Shown here piece after piece: positions 1 to 12,781 of a stretch of DNA of 64,000 bases; the first letter of the stretch is position 1, and the number at the start of each line of letters is the position of its first letter. The position numbers and the translations under genes are program-made. This stretch comes from Tetramitus jugosus (lineage: Eukaryota; Protista; Heterolobosea). The notes beneath the pieces were generated by a model that was not told where the DNA came from, did no database searches, and saw only the letters and a list, made by a program, of their open reading frames with translations. Where the stretch lies: NCBI GenBank assembly GCA_937625935.1, contig OW569393.1:1-64000 (forward strand), given 5' to 3'.

Positions 1-11
1 CCAACCCCCCC

Positions 12-128
<117 letters not shown>

Positions 129-138
129 CCTCCGCGTC

Positions 139-872
139 CAACCCAAACCCAACCCCAAACCCAACCCAACCCAACCCAAACCCAACCCAAACCCAAACCC
201 AAACCCAAACCCAAACCCAAACCCAAACCCAAACCCAAACCCAAACCCAAACCCAAACCCAAACCCAAACCCAAACCCAAACCCAAACCCAAACCCAAAC
301 CCAAACCCAAACCCAAACCCAAACCCAAACCCAAACCCAAACCCAAACCCAAACCCAAACCCAAACCCAAACCCAAACCCAAACCCAAACCCAAACCCAA
401 ACCCAAACCCAAACCCAAACCCAAACCCAAACCCAAACCCAAACCCAAACCCAAACCCAAACCCAAACCCAAACCCAAACCCAAACCCAAACCCAAACCC
501 AAACCCAAACCCAAACCCAAACCCAAACCCAAACCCAAACCCAAACCCAAACCCAAACCCAAACCCAAACCCAAACCCAAACCCAAACCCAAACCCAAAC
601 CCAAACCCAAACCCAAACCCAAACCCAAACCCAAACCCAAACCCAAACCCAAACCCAAACCCAAACCCAAACCCAAACCCAAACCCAAACCCAAACCCAA
701 ACCCAAACCCAAACCCAAACCCAAACCCAAACCCAAACCCAAACCCAAACCCAAACCCAAACCCAAACCCAAACCCAAACCCAAACCCAAACCCAAACCC
801 AAACCCAAACCCAAACCCAAACCCAAACCCAAACCCAAACCCAAACCCAAACCCAAACCCAAACCCAAACCC
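139..872. repeat. Telomere, (CCCAAA)n / (TTTGGG)n, chromosome left end
   Basis: Uninterrupted CCCAAA hexamer array at the contig start, C-rich on the + strand as expected for a left end; a few degenerate units at the distal side. Confidence 0.97.
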
Positions 873-1381
873 CAGAATTTCATATCGAAAAGTCTCGGAA
901 CAGATATAATATCTGATTCTACCGTGATTGTTCGATAAAAACTGTCGATTACATTCAGAGAAACGCAAAATCAAGTCAGTCAAAATTTCAGAAAAAACAA
1001 GTCATAAGACATCAAGTCAAAAAATATAGTTAGCAGGAAATCATGTTAAAAATGATCAAATAAGGTCCCAATACTCTGATCCAAAACAAAGAAATCATGT
1101 TTCACTCGTACATCTTATCCCCATTACAGGACCAAAATCGACTGAAATCTGTTGCAGTTTTAATACTGTTGCCGATAAAAATCTGTTAAATACAGCACAG
1201 ATGTATCGGCTCTACGAGCCGATAAAGCTCAAATCGAGTTGAAAACCACGCTAATCTCTTCGTCTAAGCTAGCTGAACCTCCTAGAGCAATAAAAAATCT
1301 CAAAAAAAAAATTACCATATAAGGAAATCGTTTCCTTAGGTTGGGGAATCCTGGATGTATCCCCAAACCCTACCCCAACCC
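873..1381 (+). repeat. Subtelomeric repeat unit copy A1, ending in degenerate telomeric repeats
   Basis: 873-~1312 aligns by eye with 1881-~2313 (CAGAATTTCATATCGAAA...ATTCAGAGAAACGCAAAATCAAGTCAGTCAAAATTTCAGAAA...); ends GTATCCCCAAACCCTACCCCAACCC. Confidence 0.9.
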
Positions 1382-1880
1382 TTCACTTCTTTATCAAAAA
1401 TCAAAAATTTCATCCAAATTCAAAACAGAATCGATCTACCATCTAAAATCTGGTCAAACAAGATAAATGAAAGTTAACACCACTCAGTCCATTTCTATTT
1501 CCATCTTTTGACCTTCACTCCTTTGTTTTTGTCGAAAACAGAAATCTTCTTATCAAAGGCTCAACATCTGAAAGGATTAGAGGCAATCAAGTGAGTCAAT
1601 ACACGTTTAATGAGTAATCATTTCTGTTTGTCTTCAGTTATGACGGGTTGGGTCTGGGTATTCAACTCTGCATTCAAGAACAATCTAAAATTTGAGGTCT
1701 CATTCTGTCAGGCTAATCTCTCTCAGAAGAAGACTTTTTTCAAGACTCTCAGTCTATTACATTCATAAATCTGAATTTTCATTTAGAAAAAGCTCGTACT
1801 GTGGATTTCTGAAGGGTTGAGTCTGACATTTCAAATACAAAGTCGATTCAAATTTGAAACTTCACTATTTCAGCGTCGTT

Positions 1881-2397
1881 CAGAATTTCATATCGAAAGT
1901 CTCAATAATAGATAAAATATCTGACTCTAACGTGATTAATTGATAAAAACTGTCGATTCCATTCAGAGAAACGCAAAATCAAGTCAGTCAAAATTTCAGA
2001 AATCAAGTCATAAGATATCAAGTCAAAAAATACCGCTAGTAGGAAATCATGTTAAAAATGATTAAATAATGTCCCAATACTCTGATCCAAAACAAAGAAA
2101 TCATGATTCACTCGTACGTCTTACCCCCAGTATAGAATCAAAGTCATCTAAAATCTGTTGCAGTTTTATCACTGTTACCGATAAAAATATGATAAATATA
2201 GCACAGATATATCGGCTCTACGAGCTGATAAAGCTCCAATAGAGTTGAAAATTACACCAAACTCTTCAACTCAGTCAGTTGAAGCTTTTAGAGCAGTAAA
2301 AAATCTCAAAAAACAACCTGCCTAAAAAGGAAACGTTTAAAAAAGCAGGTTATTTAAATACTGCGTACCCCAAACCCAAACCCAAACCCAAACCCCC
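1881..2397 (+). repeat. Subtelomeric repeat unit copy A2, ending in an interstitial (CCCAAA)4 tract
   Basis: Direct repeat of A1; ends GTACCCCAAACCCAAACCCAAACCCAAACCCCC (2365-2397). Confidence 0.9.
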
Positions 2398-3261
2398 GTT
2401 GTCCATCATCAAAAAACCATCCACAAAGTCAGGATCCTGGTCTTGTTTCTACAAAATTTTATTGTACAACTTACTGTATCGCTCCATCTTGTTGGTTTTT
2501 GTCGGTTGGATACAACTCAATTCAGTCCACCGAAAATAGTTCATATGAATAATGTTCCACAACCTGGAGTTTATGAACTGACATGTCAGTTGATCCTCTC
2601 ATGTTTTTTGCTTGTTGTTCTTGTTGTAGGTATTGTATTCCATACGTGAAGGAGAACCAACCAGTGTCACAACAAAAGCACTACAATAAGTCCTACCCAA
2701 ACCCAATCCAAGACAAATTGTTTGTCATCAAACGATTGCTCATGCCCTCCGGAAGAAACTGACCTTTCAAACCAACAGGCTTTGGATGCCTTCTTTTTCA
2801 ACACTTGATTGATGAGCTGTTCATGATTGGCTTTGTTGCCCAAGGCGAAGAATTGAGCGGTCAATCAAACAAGGCATGGCCACTAACTAGAGCAAACGAG
2901 GCAAATCCAATCATCACAGGATAGTGGAAACAGATTACAAGCGTGACACAAGGTGTTCCTTCATTGCAGTTTGGTTGGATCGGCTCAACTTGTTCAAGAA
3001 CCTGAAGCTCCAAAAGCTACAACACGACTTGGTGAAAGAGACCAAGCATTGGAGCGCAACAGATGACATTAATTGATGAGGTGTAATTGATGTTCTCCCT
3101 CGATGGATATAATGATCTTTATTGAATGCAACCCTATTCATCCCCATACATATTAATTGCCCAATACTCAATGTATTGAACAAATTTGATCATTACTGTC
3201 AGATAATTTTGAGGGGGAGTTAACTCTAATAATCATTAGAATGCACTTCCTCTCCACCCAA

Positions 3262-4100
3262 TTATTCACTTGTTGGTTGCTGTTCTTGTTCTCTGTGCTC
3301 GCCTATAAGCTTGTTACGAACATGGCCATCAATATTCTTCAACAAACTTACTCGGTACGAGCGTGCAGGTGTGTAGCCAATAGGATGCTCATCCCAAGGA
3401 GGAATACATTCAACTTTGCATGTTGAATTTGCTGCTCGTCCAACAATCTTTACCAATGGGTATCAGTTTTCACCTAGTATTCTGCTGGTCGGTGTAACAC
3501 CTTTGATGAATGAATAATCTCCTGGCTCGATGAATACTCTTTGAGATATACGCTTGGCGTGTTGCTTGATACTTTCATCTGCGGCTTTCTTTTGCAACTC
3601 TCAATATGTCTTCACAGCAAGGACTGTCTCCATGGGAGTAGTGCTTCTACACTTAGCAATGGCATTGTTAGGAGTGTCTTTTAAAGTGAAGTGGTCCGAT
3701 TGATTGTAGGCTCTTACCGTAGTTTGAAGATGACTTGCGATTCTTCCACCTTGTTGCTTGATTCTTGAATTAATGATATCCTTGATTGTAAGATGTACCC
3801 TCTCAACTACAACTTGTATCTTGTGATTGAGGATGACGAGGGCTACCATTGATAATCAAACCTCCTTTGTTGGACACAAACTTTACCATTGTCACAACCA
3901 ACAATAGTAAGAGTTGTGATTCCAAACGCCTGTATTGCTTCTTCCAAAACACTCTACAACTGTTTCTGCAGTACGGTCTTGTACTTGTTTCATGAACAAG
4001 TATTTAGTGAAGTCGATTACACTAAACACTGTTACAATCTGAGGATCTTCTGCACTCCTCATGAATGTAAAAGAACGTAAAATCCATTACTACCCGTTGG
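3262..4100 (-). pseudogene. Degenerate retroviral-type (rve) DDE integrase relic (LTR/Ginger/Polinton class)
   Basis: Minus-strand fragments in the expected order: VFSVIDF-TKY (~4000-4030), IVGCDNGK (3882-3905), VVERVHLTIKDII...LQTTVRAYNQSDH...TP (ORF 3601-3849); broken by stops and frameshifts. Confidence 0.7.
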
Positions 4101-5081
4101 AATGGGTATGATGTAAGAATTGGCACAGTAGTTTCTTCTTGACTAACTGTTTCTCTTGTTCCGTCACTAAGGCAGTCTTATTCAGAATAATTCTATCTGC
4201 AAGCTTGCTCAACACTCTCATTCTCTACTCCATCTGATTATGATCTCCCATAGCTCAGGTGATATCTGATACAACTTGATTCCCTTGTTGGATGACGAGA
4301 ATTGAAAATGACCATCATTGGCACCATGATCAACCAGTTTTTGAAATCACTCAAAAACTGAAAGGTATCCCTGCCGTCTTTCTGCAGGACCCATCTCAAT
4401 ATCAAACCATCGAGTGTTGTCATACAAACCCTAAGACCGGGAGTCAATCGTTCCCCTGTTTTATTGTCGCAAGGTCTTGAGACCCTAACAATGAAGATCC
4501 AAACAAGAAATCCAAACTCGCAACGGCTTCGCCTCCAAAACCCCCAACAAACCTCTGAGTGCTATCATTTGAAAGCTTCTGGAGTCTCCCTACTGTCAAA
4601 GTTGATTGTGTGGTCGATGGAATCCCAGGTGATTGTCATACATCAAACCTTTGAAGTTGGAACAGTACTGGAATCGATCTTTTTAGCAATAAGTACACTT
4701 CAACCAACATACCCCCGTTCACTAGCTTGCTCATGCACAACTAAATACGTGTATTGTGCGAAAAACTCGTTGTTGATTCTTTCTGTTGCGTTGCCCAACC
4801 AAAGACAGCCAACCTGATGAAGAAATGAAAGAATTGGTCGCTCAAATCAGACAGGACAAGGGAGAAAAAAGTATCGTGATCTCCAAACAAGGTCTACCAT
4901 TACTGAGTAAAGCACGACCCATTGTTTCACACAACAATCATGGCACCAGTTTTCAAAGTGAATGCACCACCGGTTCGTTGGATGTCAAAGTGATTACACC
5001 ACAACCATCAGACCAATTACAATAAACCTCACAATTTGGACCATCGTATTCAGAACTAGATCTCATGTCACCTATAATTGT

Positions 5082-8000
5082 TTAGAAGTTTTCACTCCTC
5101 TTCTTTATTTTGTCCAATTCTGTTGTTATTTCTTTAAATGATGGACGCTTGGTTGCATCTGCACTCCAACATCGTGTGGCAATGGAGTAAAAATCTTGCA
5201 CAATGGAAGGAATGTCGGACGAAGGCATGTTCGTTGTGTTACTCTTTGAGAAGAAGTCCAAAAGTTCTTGAGAGTCATTTGATGGTATTGGTGGTCTCAA
5301 TCCTCTCACAATATCCAATCCAAGAGTAAATACTGATGAGTATGAATGCTGGGAATAGGGAGCATCCAAGATAAAAATTTCATGCATAATAATCCCAAAA
5401 CTGTAAGTGTCACACGTTTCATCATGTTCTCGATGTGTCAAAAGTTCTGGAGCACAGTACTCGATTGTTCCGTAGGATCTCCCGATTGTAAAAGAAGTAT
5501 CAGTGCTCTTACTCAAACCAAAGTCACATATTCTGACATGATAATTCTCACCCAATAAAATATTCTGTGGCTTCAAGTCTCTGTGAACAATTCGAGGACT
5601 TCTTCCATGCAAATAAGCCATTGTATCTGCAATCTGACATAAGATATTCATCTTCTGATCAAAAGGTTTGAGAGAGACATTGCTTGAATGAAGCACTTTG
5701 TCCAAACTCCCATTCACAGCGAATTCCGTTATCAAAAACTTGTCTCCATTATCATTAGAAGAATATCCATACAAGTAGAGAATATTTGGATGACGCAAAC
5801 TCTGAAGAATTGAAACTTCTTTGACAAAAGATTCATCATCCGATACTTTCATCTTTTTCACAGCCACAGCGTTACTTTTCCACTCTCCTTTGAATACAAT
5901 ACCGAATGCTCCTTCCGAGATACGACTGATCAATTTAATATCTCTCAAATCAATGAAAAAATCTCCTCTTTCAAATGAAGCAACTTCATAATCGCTCATC
6001 TCCTCCAATAAACATGCACGCAATTCTGATTTCATTCTTTCATCTTTTCTTCTTCTTCTGATCAATACTCCAATCACGATAGTGGAAACAACAAGAGACA
6101 CACCCAAAAGAACTCCGAAGATCACTAATATCCATAGGAGTTTCAGATTAGAGCCACATGTGTCACCATGATATCCATATTCACAAAAACACTTGTTAGG
6201 ATTTCGACAGATTCCATGTGATGAACAAACTTTTGTGTCTACACTTGAGTATCCATGGCAAATTGGATAGGAACAATTCAGTCCGGAGAATCCTTCATTA
6301 CATTCACACTTATTGAAATCAACACACACTCCATTTCCAGAGCAGACTCTTGTTTCATCCTCGCGTTCTATATCATAGCAGTTGAAAAGATCACACTCTT
6401 TACCAAAATACCCTTGCTCACATAGGACTCCAAGGAATCCCATGGTGTCCATGCCGAGGAATAAACTCGTTATGCTATGCTCGGGGTCAACATTACTCGT
6501 GCTGACCCAAGTTGAATAGTTACCTCGAACATCCCAATAACCTACCTTTCCATCCTTGGTTAGAGCGATCATATAATCATCATTCACGACGAATTGAGAT
6601 ACTGCTTTCCCATTCAACAACCCATTCATGCTCAATCTTGCAGGTCGATTCTCAAACGGTATCGGAATACCAAAATCACTTAAACCCCAAGAGTATATTT
6701 GATCATCACTTGTCAAAATCGTTGTGTGAACTTCCCCTGCAGTCATATGCGTTATGTTTTTATCTTTCAAAAGGTCATTCTTGTCAACTTCGTGTGGAAA
6801 TGTTCTATACTCGTTTATGCCAATCTTAAGCATGCCACAGGAATTGAGACCCCAGACGTAAAGCATTCCATCACTCGACAAAGCGACTGTGTGGTAAGAA
6901 CCTGCTGCAACTTGTACTATCCTCTTATCCTTCAACTGACCTTTCATCACCACTGAAACTGGGAGCCTTCTGGTTCGAGTTGTTTCATCTCCAAGTTCGC
7001 CTTCGGAATTGTATCCCCAAGAATACATCTTACCATCGTTCGCGATCGAAACAACATGCCAGCTCCCTGTGACAACTTTAGTAATCGTCTTACCGCCCAA
7101 CACACCACCCATGAAAACAGCCACAGGTTGATGTCTCTCTTGATATGAACCATCGCCAATCTGTCCGTATATATTCGATCCCCATGAATACAGCATTCCA
7201 TCCTCAGACCTTGCTAATACAAAGAAGGAACCTAACGTGACTTGTGTAATGATCTTTTCATTCAAAATTCCTCTTTTGTCAACCATCTCGGGAAAATTTT
7301 TTGAATTCCTCGTACCATCTCCAACTTGGCCTGCAGTATTTGATCCCCAAGAATACATATTTCCATCTTTCGTCAAAGCAACATATTGTTCGGGAGATTG
7401 TCTTGCTACGATACTTGTAATTGTCTTCCCATTCAATGCACCGTTCATGCCAATTGCAATTGGTTTATGTCGATCCACTTTCGTACCGTCTCCTAGTTGT
7501 CCATCTTCATTCTTCCCCATTGAATAACTCTTTCCTTTACTTGTCAGTATCATGGTATGAGCTTCTCCCGCCACAATTTGAGTAATTGAATCATTTAATT
7601 CATTATTAATGTTTAGAAGAGTAGGATAGCAGTGATCCCTGCTTGTGTGCCGACCAAGTTGACCTTCCTGGGCATTACCCCAACCATACAAGAGACCATC
7701 ACTCGTCAGGGCTAGAGTGTGATATCCTCCAGCTGCAATTTGTACTACAGTTTTTTCAGATAACTCACCACTCATTTTAACTGCAACTGGTGCCATTTCA
7801 TCTTGATAAGAACCGTTACCCAACTGGCCAAATCTATTCGAACCCCAGCTATAAATCTTTGAATCATTCGTTAGCATGACTGTGTGGAAATATCCGACAG
7901 CAATCTGAGTAACAATATTACCCTGTAAACGGCTCATATCGACAGCAACAGGAATCAGTGGGTTTTTTTTTGGTCACCAGCTACACTTTCATCTCCCCAA

Positions 8001-8806
8001 TAATACACTGTGCCACCACTCGTTAAAGCAACTGAATGATAAGTACTTGCAGCAACTTGAATAACCATCTTTCCTCTCAATGCACTCATATTCACAGCAA
8101 CCGCCACGAGCGAGTCCTTTGTGTTCCCTACTCCAAGCTGTCCCGAAAAATTATTTCCCCATGCAAAGATTCTGCCATCGTTCGTCAGTGCGAGTGAATG
8201 AGACTCGCCGGCTGAAACCTGAGTAATAACAGTACCATTCAATGCACCCTCCATAAAAACAGATACAGGACGGTTTTGATACTCCCGCGTTTGATCACCC
8301 AACTGACCAGCTTGATTCAAACCCCAGGCATACAACTTCCCGTCTCTCCTCAAAATTAAATTGTGATTGCGACCACAACTTAATTGAGAAACTGGATGGT
8401 GTGTGGGGAGATATGTATCGATATTAGAAGGCAAAGATCGACTAATGAATGTTTCATCACCCAGTTGACCATAATCATTACTTCCCCATGCATAGACCAG
8501 AGTTTTATCTTCCTGTCGGCCAACTGCAACAGAGTGAGATTGTCCTGCAGAGATCAATGTGATATTGACCTTGTGAAAAAATAAACTGACCCAATCGGTA
8601 GGCATTGCTTCAGGAGGGGGGATTCCAGATGTCGCCACCCGTTTATCCCACGAGTAAACAACAGAGGATGCAATTCTTTTTCGTTCAACTTCTGCACGTA
8701 CATGATTGACGACATGCAACAAGAGCAATAATAAAATGATGAACAAGGGAGTAGATAGAAACAACCCCGTTTGATTCATCTTTTGGTGAATTTGTGGTTG
8801 TGACAT
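5082..8806 (-). CDS. Receptor-like kinase: signal peptide, many RCC1 repeats, EGF-like repeats, TM helix, TKL-type kinase; split by a frameshift in an A-run near 7965
   Basis: ORFs 7955-8806 and 5082-7937 both carry RCC1 repeats (YSWGxNxxGQLG) and rejoin as DQKKNPLIPVAVDMSRLQG if the homopolymer length changes; CSGNGVC EGF repeats; TM LLWILVIFGVLLGV; kinase motifs GAFG, VAVK, HRDLKPQN, DFG. Confidence 0.9.
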
Positions 8807-8979
8807 TTTTTCAACCGTGACACTTCCATTTCATCGTCCTTGTTCCAACTGCGGAAAAATAGTTTTGCCCGCCACGTCCACTTCTGAATTTGTACAAATA
8901 CCACGAACTTAAGTTCGTGCTCTGTTGCAGACAAAACAGAGACACCTTTGGTGAAGCAGAACATAAAACATTCTGCTTG

Positions 8980-10368
8980 CTACGTTATCAACAAGACATC
9001 CCCATCTTTGATCTGATATCTCCTAACAATATTGTCATCTACCGCCGATTTAGACTTTTTGTGAGAGACCGCTGTTGGATCAGCGAGTGAATCACTATTT
9101 GATTGGAGAGCGACATCACCCACACTCCACAAACAATTGTCCTTGAAGCAGAATTTAAACAGAGAAAGCTCATCAGAGTTCATCAGTGATGAACATTCAG
9201 CGAATCCCTCAATCCCTCTAGCGTATTATACTCAGGATGATTTCTGATCTGTGATTGAATCTGGGTCCAAAAGTCATTCATCAGTCTCATCATTTTTGAA
9301 TATCCATTTCAATTGTTTAGATTCATCGTAGATCAAATCGCCCACAGACATGCCATGATAACCTTTTTCACATTTCCTGAATCGAAAATTATGAGCATCA
9401 ATATATTTGTCTTGCAATCAGAGGTTGTCCAGTTTGGCTGCCACTTTCTGCTGTTGCTTCTTGGGGCAAGTCCGGCCACTCTCTAGACTCAACAACTCTA
9501 ATTCTGTCTGTGGCGAAATCAGGATAAAGGGCATTGAATCAAAATTGGGCTTCTGTGGCTTTGGCCTGCTCATCCATCTCTTCCATCTCCTCCACTGTTA
9601 TTGAATCATCGAGAGGAGTCATTACTTTCTGGCAATCTTGATTGTTGCTCATTGTGTTGGTGTTTGTGTTCAAGTTGCTCATTCCAATGGAGAAAGACTT
9701 TTCACTTAGAGATTTGGACATCCAAAAAGTCACCATGCAAATCAACATTTGGCTCAATCATTCGCGCTTTCAAGAATCATTGCCAACGAGTGCTATCCAA
9801 TGCCCTATACCAACCACATCGCATTGATATTTTCCAAAATCATCATTTCGGCACGCGACTTATTAATAAGGGAATGCCCAGTGATCAACTGTGTCACGAT
9901 CCTGATATCCTTCGAAAGCATTCCCTTCCACTGCAGAACAAATTGCTTCCACTCGTCGTAGCATAGAGAGATATTGTAGTAAACCGCATAATGATTTGCT
10001 CGTAATGTATCCATTTTGTGAAAGTCCATCAATGCCTCCATGTATTTTTGCTCCTCGATATACATGACTGCTCTACCAAACAATGCATCAGTGTTTGATG
10101 GGTGGTATTCCAATGATTTGTTAAAGTCATCCATTGAATTCTGTATTTTGCCTCTGACAGCGTACAATACAGATAATAGCAGGTCACGTTCTGGGATATC
10201 ACCAAACGACTCAGCTTCTGCTATAAAAGCATGTAGATATCGATTGACGGTTTATCGAATAGCGTTGCTAACATTATCTCTGTGTCTCTGGAGTTGCTCG
10301 TACTCTCTAACAACACGATCTCTTCTTCTTTTCATTACTCGTTGTTTCGCTCCGTGTTCGAACACCAT
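8980..10368 (-). pseudogene. TPR-repeat protein pseudogene, possibly with a ubiquitin-like C-terminus
   Basis: DFNKSLEYHPSNTDALFGRAVMY is TPR-like; ATG at 10368 is followed by an in-frame TAA; several frameshifted fragments; final fragment YQIKDGDVLLIT. Confidence 0.55.
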
Positions 10369-10448
10369 ATGGAGTAATAGAGGAACAAAAAACTGAATGT
10401 CAGTTTACAATGTGGTACTGATGATGTTGACGATTGTAATCCAACAAT

Positions 10449-10485
10449 GAAAACGCGTTTTCGCTTTTTACGACTGGTGAGTGTC
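10449..10485. promoter_or_regulatory. Palindromic motif GAAAACGCGTTTTC plus TTTTTACGACTRGTGAGTGTC extension (copy 1; other copies at 12160, 12234, 12693)
   Basis: Perfect 14-bp palindrome recurring four times within 2.3 kb; three of the copies lie just upstream of ORF starts. Confidence 0.55.
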
Positions 10486-10526
10486 GAATAGAAACTCTAT
10501 GGAGATATTACATGACTGATTAATAT

Positions 10527-11162
10527 CTAATCATACAAGTCTAAAAAGCCTTTAAACTCAATACATAAATGTACTCTACTATGTGACTGTATAAACCATA
10601 GTGTATGAGGTCGTTGTCTGTACAGTGTAGATCCCATATGAAATACTCTATCCTCTAGATTTGCAACTACACCTCTCACAGCTAATGAGAGTATAGATAA
10701 GATTTCAATCTTGATCTCTCGTCTGATCTGTTCATTTGGTAGAATTGACAATAAGCTCTCATCGAAAACCTCTGTATTACGAGCATGCCATTTCTCGGCT
10801 GGTGCGTTGAACTCTATGGCATCAAGTAACTCATCTGATGGTTCAAATATATTCACTTCTGAATGTCTGTGATACACATCGTTGAAACTATGATATCTTG
10901 ATATTCTGTGTCTCATCAACAGAGTTCTGATTGCATACATGTTCCATCTGTTACAAACTGAACGTATCAGATGAATATCAATGAGTGGAAGATATAACAT
11001 GATGTGTAGTATCAGAGAACGAGGTAATATATCATCACCACTCGATTTTGTCACCACTTGACTTGAACTGATACGCTTTGTAGTTCTGAATGACACTCGA
11101 TAATGCATACATTCTATTGCACTTTGATCGAACTGTGGTGTGATTGTTGTCCTTGTGAACAT
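10527..11162 (-). CDS. F-box domain protein
   Basis: ILPRSLILHIMLYLPLIDIHLIRSVCNRW matches the F-box pattern; likely ATG at 11162 (MFTRT). Confidence 0.7.
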   Translation of the reverse strand: MFTRTTITPQFDQSAIECMHYRVSFRTTKRISSSQVVTKSSGDDILPRSLILHIMLYLPLIDIHLIRSVCNRWNMYAIRTLLMRHRISRYHSFNDVYHRHSEVNIFEPSDELLDAIEFNAPAEKWHARNTEVFDESLLSILPNEQIRREIKIEILSILSLAVRGVVANLEDRVFHMGSTLYRQRPHTLWFIQSHSRVHLCIEFKGFLDLYD

Positions 11163-11362
11163 GATGTCTTGTGTTGTTGCTTGAGTTGTTTTTTGCTTTG
11201 ATGACAGGAGAATTGCGTGTTTTTTATGTTGTAAACCCAAAACAAAATGATACCTGAACCCACAGGAACTTTTTGTGCGAATGACAGTGAAGATTGGAGA
11301 CGAATATCTACCGTTGACCACTATGGGTACTTCAAAGGACCAGCACGTATTACTACTACCTG

Positions 11363-11866
11363 ATGAAAAGTATGCATGCTCGTCATGAACCCATACTCTA
11401 CGAAGTGCTCATAGACGGCGTGAATATATGCTGTGATGGATTGTCTCAAGTTGTCGAGCCTCGTCATTGGTGTTGTGAAGACGCGCTACTATCATTTGAT
11501 AAGGACACGTATCTTGTGTTCGCGAACAAACCTGAAGGAATAAGCATCGAGGTGATTTACCACTCAATCTTATCGTTAAGCGATGAGACGGATGAAGACC
11601 CTGTTCAAGACCCTTTACCATTCGAAGAAGTCAATAAAGTAGTCGAGAGATGCACTGAAGGAGTGACATATGAGAGTGCCAATGTGTTACATGAACCAGA
11701 TAATGTGGGTATAGTTAAAATTGGGTGTCATAGCAGACAGACTTTCTTTGAAGCAGCGGGAAAGAGTGAAATGTTTGGTGGGGCAGCAGGCGAAGAAAGA
11801 GATGAAAATGCAACACCTGTATTACTACCCTGTGAGACAGCTGAGTTGTACAGACGAGATCAATAA
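11363..11866 (+). CDS. Hypothetical protein (167 aa)
   Basis: ATG-initiated ORF with plausible composition; no motif recognised. Confidence 0.4.
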   Translation: MKSMHARHEPILYEVLIDGVNICCDGLSQVVEPRHWCCEDALLSFDKDTYLVFANKPEGISIEVIYHSILSLSDETDEDPVQDPLPFEEVNKVVERCTEGVTYESANVLHEPDNVGIVKIGCHSRQTFFEAAGKSEMFGGAAGEERDENATPVLLPCETAELYRRDQ

Positions 11867-12781
11867 ATTTGAGACAGTGCAATAACAAACCAACAACAAG
11901 TGCTAATCAGAGTACCAATTAGTGTTGATACAAAGAGTCTAAATATTCTATTAGAGCTACAAGCGTGAGTTATATTATGGCTATTATGTCCTGTACTTGA
12001 TTTGTCATTGTGACGGCTGACTTGATGTGTTCTTTCTCTTATACACCTATTTGTAAAGCAAATCCTTTCCTTCAGGCTCAGGAGTTGAATCATCAATCAG
12101 AGCAATCATTGGCCTTCATTTTGTTTGATGAGTGATTGATGTGCCACAGAGTTTACAATAAAAACGCGTTTTCATTTTTTACGACTAGTGAGTGTCACTG
12201 TGACAAGTATAAACAGTTGTTACAAACCAAAATGAAAACCCGTTTTCACTTGTAATTGCTCCTATTAAAGGTTGACAGATGACATTGATTGACACCAGTG
12301 TGACCCACATCACACTCACCTGCGAAAAACAATTCTGGACCTTACAATCAGCAGGAAGTGACGACAAGAAAGAGGTACAAACACACTGTACCATATCAGC
12401 ATGAACCTCGTAAACGCTCATAATAGCGACGATTATTGTGATTTTGGAGCAGAAGTCTATGGTGATGATGATTCTTACTATTGATGTGTGACAATAAACC
12501 GCCTGAACGACATGTACAATTGAACTGGAATCGATTACATCAGATATCACTGAAATCTACCTATCCCGTTTAGGATTCTGTTGCCTATCTGTTACCAGAC
12601 AGTAATTATCCAGAAGAGTATCCAACAGAACTCCACAGACTCGTCCAAGATTTGCATTAAACAGACCCTTGTCACAAAAAAACTATCATAATGAAAACGC
12701 GTTTTCCTTTTGAACTTCCCATTGGTAGTAATGTTTGTCGTACTGATTTGATGGTGTGTGAACTAACTAACTGCTCTCGTT

